A stretch of DNA of 64,000 nt from Candidatus Nitrospinota bacterium M3_3B_026 (GTDB lineage: Bacteria > Nitrospinota_A > UBA7883 > JBPRGF01), in the NCBI GenBank assembly GCA_051418015.1, contig JBPRGF010000001.1, forward strand, positions 1 to 64,000, given 5' to 3'. A program made the translations under genes and the position numbers. How positions within the stretch are numbered: the stretch's first letter is position 1; each line of letters starts with the position of its first letter. A model generated the notes under the pieces. It saw only the letters and a list, made by a program, of their open reading frames with translations, searched no databases and was not told the origin of the DNA. Positions 8,296-17,330 of this stretch are shown here, one piece after another.

Positions 8296-9618
8296 GTGGA
8301 AGCGCGCAAAACTCTTGAAGCAAGCTCCGAGCCCTCGCCGAGGCCGCGGACTGTCCTGGTTGTGGACGATGAGGCGACCGTCACACGGCTTCTGGCCTCA
8401 TACCTTGAGAAAGACGGGCAGAGGGTAATAACCCGCCATGACGGTCAGGACGCCCTGGAGGCGTTGAAAAAGAACAATATCGACCTTCTGATCACGGATC
8501 TGAAGATGCCCGGCATGAGCGGGATAGAGCTGATCCGCAAAGTCCGCGAGCTGAACTCGGACCTCGACATCATAGTCATCACCGGCTACGGGACGATGGA
8601 CGTCTTCATGGAGGCCGTCCACGAGGACGTCAGCGACTTCATCCTGAAACCCGTGGACATCAAACAGTTCCAGAGAACCCTGGACCGCGTCTTCGAGAAA
8701 AAATCACTGACCGAAAACCTCCTCGCCCGCACCCAGCAGCTGCTCCAGGCCGAGAAGATGGCCACGGTGGGGCTTTTGAGCACGGGCATAGCCCACGAGA
8801 TAAACAACCCGAACACCTTCATACGCACCAACCTGCAGCTCATGGCCGAGTACATAAAAAGACTCAAGCCCAGGATGGACAACCTCGCGGACGAGAAGAA
8901 CGCCGAGACCGTCCGGAACATCATCCTGAACGAGTTCGACGACATGATAAAGGAAGCGCTGAAGGGGACGGAGAGGATACAGAAGATCGTCGCCGGGATC
9001 AAACACTACGCCCACATGGGCGACGACAGCTTCGACGAGAGCGTGGACATCCGGGAGGTGATAGCCCAGGCGGTGAACCTCGTCCGGTCCAAGCTGAGAA
9101 GCAGGATAGAGATATCGGAGAACTACCTCAATATCCGCGAGATAAAGGGCCATTTCTCGAAGCTGGAGCAGGTCTTCGTCAACCTGCTCATCAACGCCGC
9201 CGACGCCATAAACGAAAAGATTCTGGAGAGGAGAAAGGCCGGGGACACCGATTTCAAGGGGCTGATAGACGTCTCCGCCACCGTGATCGAGGGCGACGGC
9301 GCCGGCGGGAAAAAGGGCCCCGACTACCTGATCCTCACCTTCTACGACAACGGCGCCGGCATCCCGGAAAAAAAGCTCAAGAAAGTGTTCGACCCGTTCT
9401 TCACGACGAAATCCGTCGGCGTGGGCACGGGGCTGGGGCTCTATCTTTGCTACGAGATCATACAACAGCACGGCGGGCAGATAACCGTCCAGAGCGACGA
9501 GGGAGAGGGGACGGCCTTCATAATCAAGCTCCCCGTGGGCGGCTCCTCCGTGGCCCTGGAGACCACCAGGCCAGCGGCGCGAGCCGCCCAGCTGCAAGCC
9601 CGGCCGGAGAAAGAATAA
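8296..9618 (+). CDS. Hybrid response regulator-histidine kinase (REC-HisKA-HATPase)
   Basis: VLVVDDE/TDLKMP receiver; H-box GIAHEINNP; N-box NLLINAADA; DNGAGI, FDPFFTTK, GTGLGL. Confidence 0.93.
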   Translation: MEARKTLEASSEPSPRPRTVLVVDDEATVTRLLASYLEKDGQRVITRHDGQDALEALKKNNIDLLITDLKMPGMSGIELIRKVRELNSDLDIIVITGYGTMDVFMEAVHEDVSDFILKPVDIKQFQRTLDRVFEKKSLTENLLARTQQLLQAEKMATVGLLSTGIAHEINNPNTFIRTNLQLMAEYIKRLKPRMDNLADEKNAETVRNIILNEFDDMIKEALKGTERIQKIVAGIKHYAHMGDDSFDESVDIREVIAQAVNLVRSKLRSRIEISENYLNIREIKGHFSKLEQVFVNLLINAADAINEKILERRKAGDTDFKGLIDVSATVIEGDGAGGKKGPDYLILTFYDNGAGIPEKKLKKVFDPFFTTKSVGVGTGLGLYLCYEIIQQHGGQITVQSDEGEGTAFIIKLPVGGSSVALETTRPAARAAQLQARPEKE

Positions 9619-9655
9619 AAAAACGGCGGCCCGGAAAGGCCGCCGCGTTTTTCGT
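9618..9655. terminator. Bidirectional intrinsic terminator
   Basis: A-tract, CGGCGGCC-loop-GGCCGCCG hairpin and T-tract between convergent genes. Confidence 0.75.
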
Positions 9656-9672
9656 TTAAACCAAACCCGCCG

Positions 9673-11175
9673 TCATTTCTTCCCCGCCACCGGCTTGGCC
9701 TCCCACTGGACGCCGGAAGCCTCCGGGTCCGTGGGCACGTTCAGCTCGTGGTCGAACTGCCCCATCACGTAGTCGTGGATGTATTTCGCCGCGGTCTTGG
9801 CCTGACCCATGGCAAGGATCACCGTCGATCCGCCGGTGATGGCGTCGCCGCCGGCGAAAACGCCCGGCTTGCTGGTGTGGCATGTCTCCGGGTCCACCAT
9901 GATGATCCCCCACTTGTTCACCCGTATGTCCGGGGTGACGTTGGGGATGACCGGGTTCACGTCGCAGCCGAGGGAGAAAACGACCGTGTCCACCTCGTCG
10001 ACGAACTCCTCGCCCGTCGGCTTGGGCCTGCGGCGGCCGGACTCGTCCGGCTCGGAAAGCTCCATCACGGCGCATTTTATGGCCTTGACGAAGTTGTTCT
10101 CGTCCCCGATGAACTCTATGGGGTTGGACAGCCATTTGAAGTCGATGAACTCCTGCTCCGCGTGCTCGAGCTCCTCGGTCCTGGCGGGCGCCTCGTCGCG
10201 GGAGCGGCGGTAGTAGCAGGTCACCTCCGCGCCGAGGCGTTTGCCGGTGCGCAGAACGTCCATGGCCGTGTTGCCCGCGCCGATGACGGCCAGCTTCTTG
10301 CCCTGGTACAGCGGCGTGGTGTATTTCGGGAACTCGTTGGCGTGCATCAGGTATATGCGTGTCAGGTATTCATTGGCGGAATAGACGCCGTTGAGGTTCT
10401 CGCCGGGGATGCCCAGCATCTTCGGCAGGCCCGCCCCGGAGCCTATGAAGACCGCGTCGAAGCTCTCGCGCTCGAGCAGGTCGTCGATGGTGAGGATCTT
10501 CCCTATTATCATGTTGTAGCAGAACTCGACCCCCATGTCCTCGAGCAGCTTCAGGTCCTCGTCGATGATCTCCAGCGGCAGGCGGAACCGCGGGATGCCG
10601 TAGACCATCACGCCGCCGCCGCGGTGGAACGCCTCGAAGACCGTCACGTCGTGGCCGCGGACGCGAAGCTCGTAGGCGGCGGTCAGCCCCGCCGGGCCGG
10701 AGCCGATCACCGCTATCCTCTTGCCCGTGGAGGGGGCTATCCGCGGAACGCGGTCCAGGTGATGCTCGCGCTCGTAGTCGGCCACGAAACGCTCCAGGTT
10801 GCCGATCCCCACCGGCTCGTTCTTCTTCCCGACGATGCAGACCGCCTCGCACTGCTTGTCCTGCGGGCAGACCCTGCCGCAGGCCGCCGGCAGGAAGTTG
10901 GTCTCGCGTATCTTCTTCGCCGCGCCGGCTACGTCGCCATTCTCGACCATCTTTATGAAAGCGGGGATGTCAATCCCCACCGGGCAGCCGCCGATGCAGT
11001 CCGGCTTCTTGCACTGGATGCACCTTGCGGCCTCGTCCATGGCCTGCTCCAGCGAGTAGCCCACCGGCACCTCCTCGAAGTTGCGCACCCGCTCCTCGGC
11101 GCGCCTCAGGGGCATCTCGTTGCGCGGCTTTTTCATCCTGTCTTTCGCCTTCAACGGTTTCTTCTCCTCAGCCAT
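9673..11175 (-). CDS. nfnB: NfnB/SudA (GltD-like) subunit of electron-bifurcating NADH-dependent ferredoxin:NADP+ oxidoreductase
   Basis: CIQCKKPDCIGGCP and CGRVCPQDKQCEAVC FeS motifs, GSGPAG and GAGNTA, GGDAITG; lies directly downstream of an NfnA homolog. Confidence 0.85.
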   Translation of the reverse strand: MAEEKKPLKAKDRMKKPRNEMPLRRAEERVRNFEEVPVGYSLEQAMDEAARCIQCKKPDCIGGCPVGIDIPAFIKMVENGDVAGAAKKIRETNFLPAACGRVCPQDKQCEAVCIVGKKNEPVGIGNLERFVADYEREHHLDRVPRIAPSTGKRIAVIGSGPAGLTAAYELRVRGHDVTVFEAFHRGGGVMVYGIPRFRLPLEIIDEDLKLLEDMGVEFCYNMIIGKILTIDDLLERESFDAVFIGSGAGLPKMLGIPGENLNGVYSANEYLTRIYLMHANEFPKYTTPLYQGKKLAVIGAGNTAMDVLRTGKRLGAEVTCYYRRSRDEAPARTEELEHAEQEFIDFKWLSNPIEFIGDENNFVKAIKCAVMELSEPDESGRRRPKPTGEEFVDEVDTVVFSLGCDVNPVIPNVTPDIRVNKWGIIMVDPETCHTSKPGVFAGGDAITGGSTVILAMGQAKTAAKYIHDYVMGQFDHELNVPTDPEASGVQWEAKPVAGKK

Positions 11176-11189
11176 TTCAACCGCCTCCC

Positions 11190-12845
11190 TTATTTGTCAA
11201 GCGCCTCAAGGGCGATCTTTTCCTGCTCCAGGAACATCCTCTGCCTCTTGGTCAGCTCGTCGAAATCCACCTCGTGGCCCAAAAAGTCCGGCCCGTGGAA
11301 ACAGGCGAACTTCGTCTTGCCGCCGACGGTGACGCGGCAGGCGCCGCACATCCCCGTGCCGTCGACCATGATAGCGTTCAGCGACACCCATGACTCTATC
11401 CCCTTGCCCTCGGTCATCTTCGTGACGGCCATCATCATCGGGACGGGGCCGACGGCCAGGGTCATGGCCACCTTCTCTTTTTCCATAATCTTCTCCAGGG
11501 CGTGGGTGACGAACCCCTCTATCCCTTCCGACCCGTCGTTGGTGGTGACGTAGACCTCGTCGCAGGCCTCCCGCAGCTCGTCGACCATTATGAGAAGGTC
11601 CTTCGTCCTCGCGCCGACGACGCCGATGACCTTGTTGCCAAGCTCCTTGAGGTCCCGCGCCGTGGGGATCACCGCCCCCGTGCCGTAGCCGCCGCCGATC
11701 ACGACGCACGTCCCGTTGTACTTGGTCACGTGGGAGCGCTGGCCCAGCGGCCCGATGACGTCCACGAACCTGTCGCCGACCTCTTTTCGCACGGCTTCGG
11801 TGGATGTGCGCCCGGTGGCCATTATGATGATCGATATCGTTCCCTTCTCGCGGTCCCAGCCGCATATGGAAAGGGGTATCCGCTCGCTGTGGCCGTTGGG
11901 CCGGATGATGATGAACTGCCCCGCCTGGATCTTCCTTGCGATCAGGGGAGCGTTCACCTCGAAATGGAAAGTGTTGGGGCAAAGCTCCCGCTTGGCCAGT
12001 ATCTCAAAGTCCTGATTGTATTCTCTCATCTTTTCTTCCTGCGCCTTTTCATTCCCGCTCGAGGATTTACCAAGATATCTCAGATAATACTCCGCCTCGT
12101 TCCGGACTATATAAGCCCTGTCCCAGTCGAACTCGTCCAGGCCGAGGATGGCCCGGAAGGCTTTTCTGGTTTTCTCCCTTTGCTCATCGGTGAGATAGGA
12201 GTTCACGGCCAGTTTGCCGAGAGCCCGCGCCGCGCTCCTGCGGACAAGCGCTTTCGGGTGTGAAAGTCCGGAAAACAGTTTCTCGAACATCATGTTTCTG
12301 TCTTCGGCGGAGGTCTCGTCCGCAGGTATCCTGTTGGCGATCCGGCCGAAACAATAGTAGGCCGCGGATTTGACCTGGGCGTCGTCCGAGTCCGAAAGCT
12401 CCGCCGCCAGGGGCAGCGCCCGCGTCACCGCCGGGTCCGTAAAACGCCCGGCCGCCGCAAGGAGGTTGATCAGGGCGTAGTTGTCGCCCCCGTTCTCGCC
12501 GAAAGCTTTTATAAGCTCGTCCACCGCCGGGGCGCCGATCCCGGCCAGGGCCCGCGCGAAACTCACCGCCGACTCGCTGTCCGCCTCGACAAGCCGCGAT
12601 ATGATCCAGGGCGCCATCTCCGGCCCGAGCGAGGCCAGAAGCCCCTCCATGTCCCGGACAAGCTCCGCAAGCTCGGGATTGTCGGCGTCGTCACGGTAAA
12701 ACAGCGTGGCGATGCCATCCCCAAGGGCCTGCATCTCGCCGACCCCCGCCCCGGCAAAAGAGGCTATCTCGCCCATCGCCTCCCTGATCCGCCCCGTGTC
12801 CTGGGACGCGAACTTCTTTATTATTTCATCAATCCTATCAGTCAT
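11190..12845 (-). CDS. nfnA: NfnA/SudB (PyrK-like) subunit with an N-terminal HEAT-repeat extension
   Basis: C-terminal half has AGQFIIIR, ERIPLS, GPLG, GGGYG, DGTGMCGACRV...FAC [2Fe-2S]; first ~270 aa are helical HEAT-like repeats (ALVRRSAARALGKL). Confidence 0.85.
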   Translation of the reverse strand: MTDRIDEIIKKFASQDTGRIREAMGEIASFAGAGVGEMQALGDGIATLFYRDDADNPELAELVRDMEGLLASLGPEMAPWIISRLVEADSESAVSFARALAGIGAPAVDELIKAFGENGGDNYALINLLAAAGRFTDPAVTRALPLAAELSDSDDAQVKSAAYYCFGRIANRIPADETSAEDRNMMFEKLFSGLSHPKALVRRSAARALGKLAVNSYLTDEQREKTRKAFRAILGLDEFDWDRAYIVRNEAEYYLRYLGKSSSGNEKAQEEKMREYNQDFEILAKRELCPNTFHFEVNAPLIARKIQAGQFIIIRPNGHSERIPLSICGWDREKGTISIIIMATGRTSTEAVRKEVGDRFVDVIGPLGQRSHVTKYNGTCVVIGGGYGTGAVIPTARDLKELGNKVIGVVGARTKDLLIMVDELREACDEVYVTTNDGSEGIEGFVTHALEKIMEKEKVAMTLAVGPVPMMMAVTKMTEGKGIESWVSLNAIMVDGTGMCGACRVTVGGKTKFACFHGPDFLGHEVDFDELTKRQRMFLEQEKIALEALDK

Positions 12846-13070
12846 TTATACTCAGCCCTTCTGTCTTGTTCCGTGGTCCTCCCTCTTCGCGGAAATAGCG
12901 CAAAAACGCTTTGATGGGCTCCACCATGCGCGTGACGCGCGGAGTGGGTTACCATACTACAATTAAACAATCAAAGCAACAATCGAGGTTTTCTATTTTT
13001 CCATAACCAATCATCTATCATCACCCGGTCCAAGGAGGTCTTGAGTAACTTGCCCAAGGGCGCCATCCGT

Positions 13071-13205
13071 TGTCGTCCTGAGCAAGCGGCGTCTCCGCCG
13101 CGACGTGAAGGACCTTGATTTATCATGCATAAAAAAGGCAAGATCCTTCGGCTTGCGCCTCAGGACTTACAAAACAGAGGGCGCCGATGGTTATGCAAGG
13201 GTCTC
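13071..13205. repeat. Inverted pair of GTCRTCCTGAG..GAAGGA palindromic repeats followed by a GGTTATGCAAGGGTCTC end motif (MITE-like)
   Basis: TGTCGTCCTGAG...GAAGGACCTT at 13071-13116, inverted AGATCCTTCG...CTCAGGAC at 13141-13166, 17-nt motif at 13189-13205. Confidence 0.7.
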
Positions 13206-13225
13206 ATTTCCAATGTCCCGGGCTA

Positions 13226-14578
13226 CTAAACCAGGAAGGCGTAGCGCAGGACGAACAGGAGAGCGAGCAGATGCGTCAGGGGATGGACCTCGCGAAACCT
13301 CCCCTCCACCGTCTTGAGCAAAGAGTAGGAGACGAACCCCGCGCTTATCCCCTCGGTGATGCTGACGGTCAGGGGGGTAACGATTATCGTGAGATACGCC
13401 GAAAAGCCGTCGGCTGTGTCTTCCCAGGAGATATCCCTGACGAGTTTTAGCATCATCGATCCCACCACGATCAGCGCCGGGGCTATCACGGGGTAAAGGT
13501 ACACCCCCTCCGAGACCTCGTATCCGCCGCTGGCCATCTTCGCAAGCGGGCTGAAGAAAATGGCGAGGACGAACAGGACGGCGGTTGTCAGCGCGGCAAG
13601 CCCCGTCCTGCCGCCGGCGGCTATCCCGGCGGCGCTTTCTATATAAGAAGTGACCGTGGACGTCCCCAGCAGCGCGCCGAGGACGGTCCCTCCCGCGTCG
13701 GCGGCCAGCGCCCGCTCGGCCTTAGGGAGTTTTCCGTCCTTGTCCAACAGGTTCGCCGAGGCTCCGAGCCCGACCAGCGTCCCGACGGTGTCGAAAAGGT
13801 CCAGGATGAAGAACGTCGTGATGACCAGCCAGAAATCGGGGCTCTGGAACAGGCCGAGGATATCCAGCTTGAAAAGGGTGGGCCAAAGCGGCGGCGGGGC
13901 GGAGACTATGCCTGAGAACTCCGCCATCCCGGCCATGGCCGCCGTCACGGCCAGCGTCAGGATTCCTATAAGGATAGCGCTTCTCACCCCCCGGATGGAA
14001 AGCGACACGATGAGGAACACACCGAACAGCGTCAGCAGCGCCGGGCCGGATTTTATATCCCCCAGCCCCACCAGCGTCCCCGGGTTGTCCACGATGATCC
14101 CTCCCCACTGGAGCCCCAGCAGGGCGATGAGAAGGCCGATGCCGACGGCGAGGCCGATCCGCAAAGGCTGCGGGACGGCATTTATGACCTTTTCACGGAA
14201 CCCGAAAAAGGAGAGGAACAAAAAAAGCGAGCCGGATATGAAAACCGCCGCCAGGGCCTCCTGCCACGTGAACCCCATCCCTCCCGCGCCCGCCGCGCCG
14301 CAGACCGTGAGAGCGAAAAAGAAGTTGTGCCCCATGGCTGGCGCCAGGCCTATCGGGTAGTTCGCCAGGAAGGCCATGAGCGCCGACGCGGCGGCCGAGG
14401 AGAGGCACGTGGCCACCATCACCGCGCCGAAGTCCATCCCGGTCATGGAGAGAACTGCGGGCTGGACGAAGATGATGTAGCTCATCGTCAGGAACGTCGT
14501 CCCGCCAGCCGAAAGCTCCCGGCCGATGGTGGAGCCGCGCCGCTCCACCTCGAAAAACGATCCGATCTTTTTCATCAA
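13226..14578 (-). CDS. NCS2/AzgA family guanine/hypoxanthine permease
   Basis: TTFLTMSYIIFVQP, LAPAMG, DLFDTVGTL, TSTVTSYIESAAGIAAGGRTGL; many TM helices. Confidence 0.93.
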   Translation of the reverse strand: MMKKIGSFFEVERRGSTIGRELSAGGTTFLTMSYIIFVQPAVLSMTGMDFGAVMVATCLSSAAASALMAFLANYPIGLAPAMGHNFFFALTVCGAAGAGGMGFTWQEALAAVFISGSLFLFLSFFGFREKVINAVPQPLRIGLAVGIGLLIALLGLQWGGIIVDNPGTLVGLGDIKSGPALLTLFGVFLIVSLSIRGVRSAILIGILTLAVTAAMAGMAEFSGIVSAPPPLWPTLFKLDILGLFQSPDFWLVITTFFILDLFDTVGTLVGLGASANLLDKDGKLPKAERALAADAGGTVLGALLGTSTVTSYIESAAGIAAGGRTGLAALTTAVLFVLAIFFSPLAKMASGGYEVSEGVYLYPVIAPALIVVGSMMLKLVRDISWEDTADGFSAYLTIIVTPLTVSITEGISAGFVSYSLLKTVEGRFREVHPLTHLLALLFVLRYAFLV

Positions 14579-14626
14579 AAACCCGCTGGTCCGGGATCAC
14601 TGGCCATTGCCGATGCTTTCGAGAAA

Positions 14627-15109
14627 TCAGCCTTCCAGTTCGCGGCGATGAAAGGCCGTCTGCGCCGGGCCCTCGCTCACCCCCACCTCGATCCACTCCA
14701 GGTTTTCGCGCCCCGCAAGCTCCGCGCAAAGAAGCCCCGCGATGTATTCCGCCAGCTTCTCCGCCGTGGCCGCCTCCACGTCCAGGATCACCACGTCCTC
14801 TTTGGGGAAGACGTACCTTTTGCCCTTGAACCGCGCCTCGACCTCCCTGTCGCCGACCTCGAGATCGGCCGCTCCGGCCCCGGCTATCAGCGTCTTGTGG
14901 TCCAGCGAGGAGACGACGCGGGCGATGAGGGTGTTCAGGAAGTTGAAATCGATGAGGGTGTGATCGGGCCCCGTCCTGCCGCCGATCTCCACCGTCACGG
15001 AATAGTTGTGGCCGTGAAGGCGCTCGCACTTTCCCATGTCCACGAGAAAGTGGGCCGCGGCGAACTGGTTCTCCTGCCTGGATACTCTTATCCTCGCGCC
15101 ATGTCTCAT
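14627..15109 (-). CDS. queD: 6-carboxy-5,6,7,8-tetrahydropterin synthase (QueD/PTPS family)
   Basis: FAAAH, CERLHGHNY catalytic/Zn motif, LDH, TAE. Confidence 0.85.
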   Translation of the reverse strand: MRHGARIRVSRQENQFAAAHFLVDMGKCERLHGHNYSVTVEIGGRTGPDHTLIDFNFLNTLIARVVSSLDHKTLIAGAGAADLEVGDREVEARFKGKRYVFPKEDVVILDVEAATAEKLAEYIAGLLCAELAGRENLEWIEVGVSEGPAQTAFHRRELEG

Positions 15110-15130
15110 TATCTTGCGCCCCCTCTCGCC

Positions 15131-17284
15131 CTACAAACGGCCCGGCGCGGCGGCGTCTCCTTCCGCTTCGGGCGAAGCCGAAGGCGCGGGCGGCTCCGGT
15201 TTATACTCCACGATCCTCCCGTCCTTCACGGTCAGGTAGAACACGCTCTTTTCGGGCTCGCCCTCCGGCGTCATGGAGGTCGTCCCCGAGACCCCCTCGA
15301 AAAACCTCAGGTTTCTTATGTACTCCGTCATCTCCCCCCTCGACGCGGCCCCGTGGGCTATGGCGGAGAGGGCTATTTTCGCCGCGTCGTAGCCTTGAGC
15401 GGACAGTATCGTAGGCTCCTCCCGGAACGCGAGCTTGTAGCTTCTGCTGAAGGCGCGGACGGCGGGGGCGGACGAATCCCTGTAAAACCCGTCCAGGAAG
15501 ATCAGTCCTTCCGCGTAGCGCTCCGCCACACGGACAAGCTCCGGGTCGTTCGCCCCGCTTCCTGAAAGTTTCACAACGTCCCTGACGTTGTAGAAGACAA
15601 GCTCCGGCAGGATGAGCCCGACCTTGTCGGCCGTCCCGGCTATGAATATGGCGTCATATTTTACCGACAGGCCAGGGAGGAAGTTCGTGTCATCGAGAGG
15701 GAAACCGGAGGTCGTCACTATCCTGGGCGCCGTCAGCCTGCCCGAGGCGCGCTCCTCGAGCATGTGGTTCAGGTATTCCGGCTCGGCCTCGGGGAACGAC
15801 TTCGCCACGGCGAGTATCTCGCCCCGAAGCTGTTCGTCGGACATCCCCCCGATCTTTTTTATCTGTTCGCCAAAATCGGTCTGGCCTGGATCGTATGTCT
15901 CGCTGATCTCCACGGAGCCGCCAAGCCGCCGGGTTTCGTCTCGCAGGGCGTCGAACACCTCCCATCCTTCCATGCTGTCAGGGTACAGCACCGCGATCTT
16001 CTCAAGCCCCATGACGCCCACGGCCAGCTCGGCCATCTTCCTCGCCTCCAGCGAGCTCGTGAGGCAGTTGCGGAAAAGGTAGGCGCTGGCGGAGGCCAGC
16101 CCCTCGGCCGTCGCCGAAGGGCTGAAGACGGATATTCCGTGACGGTCCGCCACGCCCGCCGCCCTCGCAAAGGCTTCGCTGAAAACGGGCCCTATGATAA
16201 TCAGCGTGTCCCCGTCGGCGGCCAGCTGTTCCATGGCCTTGCCGGCCAGCGCCCGGTCGCCCGCGGAGTCTTTGATTATGAGCTGGATATCCTTTTCCCT
16301 TACCAGGCCGTGAAAAGAGTTGAAGGCAAGCTGTATCCCCTGCGCCACTTCCCTGCCCGCTTCCGCTCCCGCGCCGGTGAGCGGGACGACGACGCCCACC
16401 TTCGGCCGGACCGGGACATGGGGTTTTCCGCCCCATCCGGGCCCTGGCGCCGGGGCGGCCTTCGGAGGGAACTGTTCGCGGAGCCTTTTCGACGTCATGG
16501 CCAGGGCGGCCTTGGCTCCGCTCCTTCTCTGGACGTTCATAAGCTCGCCGAACGCCATCCTGGCGGGCCACTGGCCGCTGTATTTCTCCGTCACGCGCTC
16601 CAGGGCCTGCTCGTCCAGGAAGTTGCGCAGGATTCGCCCCACGCCGGACCGGGCGGAGTCTATGAGCTTTTCGTCCTCGGCCATCCTCTCGCTGTCGACA
16701 TAGAGGTCGAGGGCGTCCATGAAATCGCCCCTGTCCTCGGTGATCCGGGCCATGTAGAAATCGACGTAAGCCCTGGCCCCGGGCGTCATGGCCGCGGCGG
16801 CGGCGCGCGCGAAGAGCTTCTCCGCCTCGCCGTTTTCGTTGAGGTGGTAGTGGCATATGCCCGCGTTTATCATCGCCTCCACGCTGGTCTCGGAGCCGGG
16901 GTACTTTTCCGGAGCCGTCCGGAAATAATAGAGCGCGTCGCGGTAGCGGCCCATATGAAAATAGGAGAGACCGGCCTTGAAATAGGCGTTGTCCGCCAGC
17001 GGGTCGTCCGGCGCGGTCCCGGCTATGAACCGCAGGTACTCCTCCGCCGCCCGGCCGTAGTGTTTTTCCGAGAAGAGCGCCTCGGCGCGGCGATAAAGGG
17101 CGCCCGCGCCTCTTCTGACTTCGGGCCCGGCCGGGACTATGGGCCGCTGCGGGGTGAGGGCGGGCTCACGCTCCAGCCGGTCGCCAGCCGGGGGAGCGGA
17201 AGCGCAGGACACAAGGGCGGCGGCGATGGCGCCGAAGAGCGCGGCGGCGGCCAGCGCGGTTTTCAGTCTCCCCCTCTCCATCAT
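15131..17284 (-). CDS. LpoA/LppC-like lipoprotein (TPR + periplasmic binding protein type 1 fold)
   Basis: Lipobox LVS-C; TPR motifs (ADNAYFKAGLSYF); VGVVVPLTG, IIGP, AQGYDA, FEGVSG typical of PBP1/LppC; start placed at MMERGR. Confidence 0.8.
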   Translation of the reverse strand: MMERGRLKTALAAAALFGAIAAALVSCASAPPAGDRLEREPALTPQRPIVPAGPEVRRGAGALYRRAEALFSEKHYGRAAEEYLRFIAGTAPDDPLADNAYFKAGLSYFHMGRYRDALYYFRTAPEKYPGSETSVEAMINAGICHYHLNENGEAEKLFARAAAAAMTPGARAYVDFYMARITEDRGDFMDALDLYVDSERMAEDEKLIDSARSGVGRILRNFLDEQALERVTEKYSGQWPARMAFGELMNVQRRSGAKAALAMTSKRLREQFPPKAAPAPGPGWGGKPHVPVRPKVGVVVPLTGAGAEAGREVAQGIQLAFNSFHGLVREKDIQLIIKDSAGDRALAGKAMEQLAADGDTLIIIGPVFSEAFARAAGVADRHGISVFSPSATAEGLASASAYLFRNCLTSSLEARKMAELAVGVMGLEKIAVLYPDSMEGWEVFDALRDETRRLGGSVEISETYDPGQTDFGEQIKKIGGMSDEQLRGEILAVAKSFPEAEPEYLNHMLEERASGRLTAPRIVTTSGFPLDDTNFLPGLSVKYDAIFIAGTADKVGLILPELVFYNVRDVVKLSGSGANDPELVRVAERYAEGLIFLDGFYRDSSAPAVRAFSRSYKLAFREEPTILSAQGYDAAKIALSAIAHGAASRGEMTEYIRNLRFFEGVSGTTSMTPEGEPEKSVFYLTVKDGRIVEYKPEPPAPSASPEAEGDAAAPGRL

Positions 17285-17330
17285 CGGAGCCTGGCCCGGC
17301 CTTTGCCCCCGGGGCGTCCTCCTGTCAATT

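Noticed and set aside
9673..11175. Glutamate synthase small subunit (gltD)
   Set aside because: No gltB nearby and it is paired with an NfnA homolog, so NfnB is the better call
12842..12955. 37-aa upstream ORF overlapping the nfnA start (ATGA)
   Set aside because: No clear RBS or motif; could easily be chance
14579..14626. Purine or preQ1 riboswitch before the permease
   Set aside because: Only 48 nt and no aptamer consensus recognised
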